A DNA stretch of 64,000 nucleotides, from contig OZ024745.1 of the NCBI GenBank assembly GCA_964016885.1, forward strand, positions 119,598,001-119,662,000. The letters run 5' to 3'. The stretch comes from Eledone cirrhosa (taxonomy: Eukaryota). Each line of letters starts with the position of its first letter. Position 1 is the stretch's first letter. A program made the translations under genes and the position numbers. Positions 56,736 through 64,000 of this stretch are shown piece by piece. The notes under the pieces are model-generated. The model was not told the origin of the DNA and did not search any database. It saw only the letters and a program-made list of their open reading frames with translations.

Positions 56736-57423
56736 TCACTCTATATTTTAGAAAATAGCATATATTTTCACTAGCTCTGGCAGTTTGGCAGGTGAACAGT
56801 GAACTGTACTGATGAAGGGTGATATCCAGAAACATTAGTGTCTTCAGTTCTGTTTACATGCCAACACAAGAGCAAGAATGAAGTGTTCATTCTACTGATA
56901 TGGCTTTAAAAATGAGGCTTGTTTGCGTAATTGCAAACGAATCGAATGTCATTATTAACATTCCAAAAACTCAGATTACATTTATTGTATTCAGTCATGT
57001 AGAGAGAAAAGTTTTTTTTTTTAATGTGGCAAAGCCGGCCATTTATCACTCGTATACAGGAAACTTACTGGTCATTCTGCTGATATACAAATCTGACCGA
57101 TCAGTAGATCTGTTAATATGCATCTCTGACTGATCAGCCAATCGGCTAATATACAAATCAGGCCGATCAGTCACTGTATATATTAGAAAATAGCATATAT
57201 TTTCACTAGTTCTGCCAGTTGGCAGATGAACAGTGAGCTGTACTAATGAAGAAACATTAGTGTCTGCAGTTTTGTTTACATGCCAACACAAGAGCAAGAA
57301 TGACCGGTTCATTCTGCTGACATGGCTTTAAAAATGAGGGTTGTTTGCATAATTGCAAACGAATCGAATGTTACTCAGATTACATTTATTGTATTCAGCC
57401 ATGTAGAGGGAAATTTTTCTTTT

Positions 57424-57425
<2 letters not shown>
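56733..57425 (+). mobile_element. Family D tandem HHR element (retrozyme-like or tandem pLTR)
   Basis: About 1.6 copies of a 435-bp unit between (CA)n and (TA)n. HHR intact at 56802-56849 and stem II-deleted at 57238-57271. Confidence 0.82.
56802..56849 (+). ncRNA. Minimal type I HHR (family D)
   Basis: AACUGUA-CUGAUGA-AGGGUGAUAUCCA-GAAA-CAUUAGUG-UC/UUCAGUU. Confidence 0.8.
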
Positions 57426-57473
<48 letters not shown>

Positions 57474-58348
57474 CATACGACTGTTGAATTATGTGAAATG
57501 ATTTGAAAATTTCAAAATGTAGACGGCCTAACGTGAACTGTTAGGCAATAGTCGGAATAATAGTTGAGAAAATCGGGCAACAACATATTGAACCCCATAT
57601 GTTGGATGCCCAGTAAGAGTTTTAATTATTAAGCTATGTTGCACACTGACGACCTATTAACACTTTTTTTTTCAGATTTTTAACCTCTATCGAGAAATAT
57701 GGACATCCAGTTGAATTTAGAAACATTGGAAACATTTGTAATTTGAGATGTGGTGGTCCAATCTTGAAGGATTCGTTAGAGGTTTAAAATCTGATGAAGG
57801 ACGTTAATTGTGGTCCGAGAAACAACGTTTTGAAAATTATGTTATTATATATGCACTACGTTTTAGGTTATTTTTGTCATGAAATATCATTTCTCTTTGC
57901 ACTTCATTATCTGTCAATTCGGTGACAAAATTACATATTATCTGTACAATGCAACCTTTGCCCTCGTTGGGATTAAGATTACAGAAGCCAACATGCTGCA
58001 GTACTTTTGAAATTCCTTTTCAACGTTATCCTTTTATTTGCTTATACCTATTAATTCCTGTAAACATAGTCTCTATTTTATGTTTAATATATTAAGTATT
58101 CGTTTGTATCTTCTCAATGTTGAGAAAAATCATGAAGTTCACAGATTATAAACGTACGAGAAATGTAAGACATAAATATATAGGTGTTATCACCTCAAAG
58201 TAAAAGTTACTCAGTATAATACCTGCTAGCATCTTCTGTAGTCTCGTTTTATCTTATATATTTGCTAGCATAAGTAGAACTACTTCATATGTACATAAAC
58301 ATATTCTCTCTTTCTATCTTTCGCGCCTTCTGGATATATATATATATA

Positions 58349-59340
58349 TTACCAGCAGTACCCAGCGTTGCCTGGGTAGGTATAATAAAATCTGCTTTGA
58401 TGAAAAGGTGTTGATCTTAGCGACTGCTTCTCGATGACTCATCTATGGCCACAAACAGGCCATGCGGGGGAGGGTGGTGATGACCTCTATCACTGAGAAA
58501 CGCGGGTGACTGACGAAGGGGCATGCTGGGGGAGGGAGCTAATGACCTCTAACACTAAGCCAAATTTATCGCGCTATTGATTGGAAACCGATGAATTCTC
58601 AAATACACAACTAAAAGCTCAGACGACGTCAGTGGCCATCGTTTTGCCTTTGACCATCTATGAGATGTGCAATGATAGGTTCTATCGTAGTATAAAAGTT
58701 GAACCAAATAAATTGATTCATGTGTGAGGTGGAGCCGAAGTTTCGAATTTGAACGAAATCGGTTGAAAAATGTGGGAGCTAGAGCCGAAGAGGCGGAAAT
58801 TTGAGCGAAAAGGTGGTATTTTCAAATATTTAAGCGGCTGCCATGCCGTTCCTGAACAAAAAGTCCAAAATGGAAAGCCACTTGAAGACATGAAATAATC
58901 ATATCTGGCGTAGTGTAAAATTTGAACAAAATAGGTTGATTAATGTGGGCGCTAGAACCGAAAAAGTCGAAATTTGAGTCTAAAAGTGGTATTTTTGAAT
59001 ATTTAAGCGGCTGCTATGCTGTCCCTGAACAACAAGCGCAAAATATAAAGCCATTACTGGATGTGCAATGATGAATTCTATTCTGCTTTAAAATTTGAAC
59101 GAAATCGGTGGCAAAATATGGGAGCTAGAGCCAAAAATCTTATTTTTCGATACCTAAAAAAAGGTGACCCCCCCTATCGATTTTTATCTGCAGAATGACC
59201 CAGGAATAAAAAAAAAACGATACGCTGATATATCGAAAACACTCCCCGATGACTAATCTATGAGCCTGTAAAGTTTCATGAAAATCGTCGTAATACACAG
59301 ACACACACACACATACTTAATTTTATATATATACAGATAT
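58349..59340 (-). mobile_element. Probable non-autonomous Helitron with internal subrepeats
   Basis: 3' hairpin CCCAGGCAACGCTGGG..CTGG|T; 5' A|TCTGTATATATATAAAATT; repeated TTTGAACGAAATCGG blocks. Confidence 0.7.
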
Positions 59341-59349
59341 ATTGTATTC

Positions 59350-59520
59350 TATTCTCGGGCGGGTAAAATTCCCGAGGTCCATGGACGAGTTCTCTCCAGC
59401 GGTCTCTGTCCCTCATTATCGCTGCCATGTCCTGCGTCTCCAACAGACCAGTGTCTGTCCTTAGGGCATCAACATACGTTAACCTTGGTCTTCTTCTTCC
59501 AGTGTGTCCATGGAGAGTCG
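59350..59520 (-). mobile_element. RTE-like LINE 3' fragment
   Basis: HGHTGRRRPRLTYVDALRTDTG...RDRWRELV. Confidence 0.75.
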
Positions 59521-60034
59521 ATCTAACACATATATATAACATATATATGTATGTGTGTGTGTGTGTGTGTGTGCGCGTATCTCCCTTACCATCCACCGGG
59601 GAAACGCCTTCTCCATTCTGTTCGCCGGGGCTGTGGAGTGGCCAGCCCGTGGGACCCCATTTTCTCACTATACAGAGAGATGGGGACGATGACAGTGGTA
59701 GCTCGGCTCTTCCGAGTTCGGACACATTGCACCTGTCAAGAGTGTATTTTCATATTTGTGACCACGGACATTGTATGTAAAGCATTGATGTTGGTTTTTG
59801 TCTAGTCCCAGCTATCCATTGCTAATACTATCTAGTCACATGATGTTTATTCACACACTCATGTCTCTATATTGCAGATAAGTCAACAATGTAATACCGT
59901 GTGTCTCAATCGTTCACAGAAGCTTTAGTTTCTTGAGTTTCATCGAATGACGTCAAGATTGCTTTGGCGCACACTTAGCTTTGTCAGCCTGCTTGCAATT
60001 TACTTAACTGTGTATGCTCACTACATTGGCATAT

Positions 60035-60245
60035 CTATGGTTTCTTATATAGGCACCATGTTGGGGGAGGGGAAAGTCGATTAAATCGACCCCAGTGCGT
60101 GACTGGTACTTTATTTTTTCGACCCTGTAAGGATGAAAGGCAAAGTTAACCTCCCCGGGATTTGAACTCAGATCATAAAGGGCCGTAACTCTATGCTGCA
60201 AAACATCTTGTCCGAGGCCCTACCGGTACTGCCAATCCGCTGCCC
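60035..60245 (-). mobile_element. SINE S1
   Basis: Matches S1. Confidence 0.82.
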
Positions 60246-60349
60246 CACATTCGTATAACTATGAAAACATTTCCGTTCTTTTCTTTGATAACATTATTAA
60301 ATTGACCCTGTACATTCGGTCATTGTTTTCTTTTATTATCTTTCTTTTA

Positions 60350-60495
60350 GCTTAGAGTTACGTCCCTTTACGGTCTTAGTTCAAATCCCACCGAAGTTAA
60401 CTTTACCTTTCATCCTTACGGGGTCGATAAAATAAAGTACCAGTAATGCACTCGAGTAATTGCTGGCCTTCTATCAAAACTAGAAACAATTATTA
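60350..60495 (+). mobile_element. SINE S1, truncated
   Basis: Matches S1. Confidence 0.82.
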
Positions 60496-60534
60496 TCGCT
60501 GTTACAATAATTATGATCAACCTCATAGTCGTTG

Positions 60535-60870
60535 TCATCATCATCATTACCATAATCATCATCATCATTACCATAATCATCATCATCATTACCATAATCA
60601 TCATCACCATTACCATAATCATCATCATCATTACCATAATCATCATCACCATTACCATAATCATCATCATCATTACCATAATCATCATCACCATTACCAT
60701 AATCATCATCATCATTACCATAATCATCATCACCATTACCATAATCATCATCATCATTACCATAATCATCATCATCATTACCATAACCATCATTACCATA
60801 ATCATCATCATCATTACCATAACCATCATTACCTTAATCATCATCATCATCATTACCATAACCATCATTA
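60535..60870. repeat. 21-bp (CAT/TAC/AAT) minisatellite
   Basis: CATCATCATCATTACCATAAT units. Confidence 0.95.
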
Positions 60871-60889
60871 TCTTGCTGTGATGGCCGAG

Positions 60890-61075
60890 AAATAATTGTT
60901 TCTACATCTGGCACAAGGCCAGCAATTATCTCAGTACATTACTGGTACTTTACTTTATCGACACCGTAAGGATGAAAGGTAAAGTTAACCTCGACGGGTT
61001 TTGAACTCAGATCATAAAGGGACGTAACTATGCTAGAAAGCATGGCGTCCGACCCTCTACCAGAACTGCCGCCGT
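60890..61075 (-). mobile_element. SINE S1
   Basis: Matches S1. Confidence 0.85.
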
Positions 61076-61439
61076 TGATGTAGTTAGTCTTGTTGATATT
61101 TAACTGAAAAAGGACTGGAAACAAATAAAAAAGAAATGAATGAACGAAATATTCAGAAATAAAATAAAAGAATTAATGGAAGAAAAAGAAAGATAGAAAA
61201 ATAGAAGAAAAAATAAAAGAAAGAGGTTGAGAAAGAAAGAGATTGGATCAATTTTGTTCCTTTATATTGGGTACTAAGAGGAAGTAGGATTGTAAGAAGC
61301 AAATGGACAGAAACTGTAAAAGTGCTGGTTAAGGCAGGAATTACATAAAGACCAGATGAAGTGAATAGAAAACATTGGAAATTCAAGTAATTGAAATGTA
61401 CTTGCACCGATATCATTTGGAAGAGAAGCCAAAAATTAG

Positions 61440-61855
61440 GTGTATGAAGGCGATGGTAGGCAGGGGGGGGGGAAGAGATACACTAGAGTGTAAGAAGACG
61501 ATGGTGGGGAGAGAAATACAATAGAGTGTAAGAAGACGGTGGTGTGGGGGGGGGGGAGAAATACAATACAGTGTAAGAAGACGATGTGGGGGGGATACAA
61601 TAGAGTGTATGAAGACGGTGGGGGGGGGGGGGGGATAAATACAGTGTAAGAAGACGGTAGGGGGGGAATACAATAGAGTGTATGAAGACGGTGTGGGGGG
61701 GGGGGGGGGGATACAATACAGTGTAAGAAGACGGGGGTGGGATACAATAGAGTGTATGAAGACGGTGCTCGTGGGTGAGAAATACAATAGAGTCCACGAA
61801 GACGGTGGTGGGGAGAGGGGGGATAATAAAATAGAGTGTATGAAGACGATGGTGC
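61440..61855. repeat. G-run minisatellite with units of about 40 bp
   Basis: ATACAATAGAGTGTATGAAGACGGTG followed by poly-G. Confidence 0.9.
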
Positions 61856-61929
61856 GGTGTAATCTCGGAGTATTAAAATATGAAAAGATGCGATGGAAAG
61901 AAATTATTTGAAAACACTCCTCTCCAAAC

Positions 61930-62262
61930 TACTACTACTACTAATACTACTACTACTACTGTTGCTGCTGCTGCTAATACCACTACTAATACTGCTACTA
62001 CTACTACTACTAATACTACTACTACTACTGTTGCTGCTGCTGCTAATACCACTACTACTGCTGCTGCTACTAATCTACTACTACTACTACTACTACTACT
62101 AGTACTACTACTACTACTACTACTGCTACTACTACTACTACTACTACCACCAACACTACTACTACTTCTACTACTACTACTACTCCTCCTGCTGCTACTA
62201 ATGCTGCTACTAAACTATTACTACTAGTGCTACTAAACTACGACTACTACTACCGCTACTAT

Positions 62263-62321
<59 letters not shown>

Positions 62322-62450
62322 CTATTGCTACTAAACTACTACTACTGCTGCTACTAAACTACTACTACTGCTGCTACTACTACTACTACTAAACTACTAT
62401 TGCTTCTGAACTACTGCTACTAAACTACTACTAAGCTACTACTGCTACTG
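61930..62450. repeat. (TAC/TGC)n array
   Basis: Seen directly. Confidence 0.95.
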
Positions 62451-62559
62451 TTGAAGGGAAATGTTCATCCCATCGATCCATCTACCTGGTATTTGATTTT
62501 AGTGGTTCGTTAGATTGATATTCAACTTTGACCTCAGGTGTGATATATACTCAGAGCAG

Positions 62560-62738
62560 AAATAATTGTTTCTACTTTTGGCACAAGGCCAGCAATTTCC
62601 CCAGTGTATTACTGGTGCTTTATTTTATCGAACCCGTAAGGATGAAAGGAAAAGTTAACCTCGGCGGGATTTGAACTCAGATCATAAAGGGCCGTAGCTC
62701 TATGTCCGACTCCACCGATACTGCCAATTTACCGCCTA
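62560..62738 (-). mobile_element. SINE S1 with target-site duplication
   Basis: CTCAGAGCAGAAATAAT is duplicated at about 62550 and 62741. Confidence 0.88.
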
Positions 62739-62821
62739 TTCTCAGAGCAGAAATAATGTGACTAACTATCCCAATAGCATAAGAGACGAAGATATGACAA
62801 GATCTGAATGTAAATTCATTG

Positions 62822-63390
62822 CTCAGTGTGCAAACATCTGGATATCGTGCGTCCTATATTTAGGACCAATGTGTCTGTAAAACTGTTCTTGGTGGCAGAG
62901 ACAGACCCCAGCCTACTACCTCACAATCTAGTCAGGCCTTAGAAATGAATATAACAGAACACATTGTAGCTATACGCAGAAATAAGCGTGCATGCCATAT
63001 TGTTGATATTGTTGATAGCGTCCCAAGAAACCACAACATAATCTTGAAAGAATTTTTTTAAATATCAAATTATACTGATTTGAAGAACGAAATTTCAGGA
63101 ATGTATTCAGTGTGCAAACATCTGAATATCATGCGTCCTGTATGTAGGACCAACGTAACTGTAATACTGTCCTTGGTGGCAGAGACAGACCTCAGATAGA
63201 CTACTACCTGGCAATCCAGACATGCTTTAGAATTGATTATAACAACATACTGTAGCTATAGGCAGAAATAAGCCTGCATGCCATAGGTTGTTGATCATAG
63301 CGTTCCAAGAGGTCACATATAATCTCGAAAGAAATTTTTTTAAATAACAAAATATACTGATTTGAAGATCGAAATTTCACGAATGTGGTC
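62822..63390. repeat. Diverged tandem dimer, unit about 285 bp
   Basis: TCAGTGTGCAAACATCTG... at about 62823 and 63107. Confidence 0.85.
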
Positions 63391-63501
63391 AGTAGCACCT
63401 AACAATATGAAGATATTTCCAGATGTCATGAAGGACCACACGGTGGTATATATGAAAAGAAATAAGATTTCGCTTCAAGCATAGCTTTATAGAATATGTA
63501 T

Positions 63502-63761
63502 AGAAATTTCGTATTTCTAGAGAAATACGGTTCTAGGACGCCGTAGCTATGCAAACACCAGGGAGCTAACGCCATCTGGTGATGTCCAGGAGAAGCAAGG
63601 GGGACAACCGTCTATACATTTTAGGCTTAACTGGCCTTCGTCAATGCATAGACGGTTGTCCCCCTTGCTTCTGCTGGACATCGCCAGAGGGCGTTAGCCC
63701 CCCGGTGCTTGCATAGCTACGGCTTCCTAAAACCGTATTTCTTTAGAAATATGAAATTTCT
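63502..63761. mobile_element. Palindromic MITE-like element
   Basis: Imperfect arms of about 115 bp (AGAAATTTCGTATTTCT..AGAAATACGG); related end at about 44080-44140. Confidence 0.7.
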
Positions 63762-64000
63762 CTATATATATATATGAAATACAAGCCCCGGCAAAATGCG
63801 GAGGAACTCAGCTGAGTCAACGACCATTCAAATAGTAGCATTTTTTGTTTGTTTGTTTTTTTCACCTGGGAGTGAAAGGACCCCAGTTTTTGTCACAACA
63901 CCTTACAAGGAGAGGGAAACTCTGAAAAACAACCTGCGGCTTTGGAAGCATCCAATGATGTTGACCAGTTCTCCTTTTCAGGTAGATGTTCAGAGAGTGT

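Noticed and set aside
57785-57835. Degenerate HHR-like motifs (also near 1475, 9676, 26298, 35012, 51367 and 52108)
   Set aside because: Core mutations or missing stems; some may be chance matches in AT-rich DNA.
60416-60895. Poly-His or Met-rich ORFs
   Set aside because: 21-bp minisatellite lying between SINEs.

Overview
AT-rich, microsatellite-saturated eukaryotic intergenic or intronic DNA. The tRNA-derived SINE family and repeat landscape resemble an octopus (coleoid cephalopod) genome; this is an inference. No intact host gene, rRNA, tRNA or CRISPR array is supported, and almost all long ORFs come from simple repeats. The window holds decayed transposons: Penelope-like elements (PLE; RT and GIY-YIG fragments), RTE, R4/Dong and CR1-like LINE pieces, Tc1/mariner (DD41D-like and mariner), Chapaev3, non-autonomous Helitrons, about 17 SINE copies and a 3.2-kb 27-bp minisatellite. 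The most striking signal is a dense set of type I hammerhead ribozyme (HHR) motifs, about 20 intact or degenerate copies in at least 8 sequence families. They sit in short non-coding elements inserted into (TA)n arrays, often as fold-back palindromes or tandem units. One family links directly to a PLE GIY-YIG ORF, one has a retrozyme-like tandem layout (about 430 nt unit), and some HHRs have unusually long stem II. All structures were read by eye, and element boundaries are approximate.
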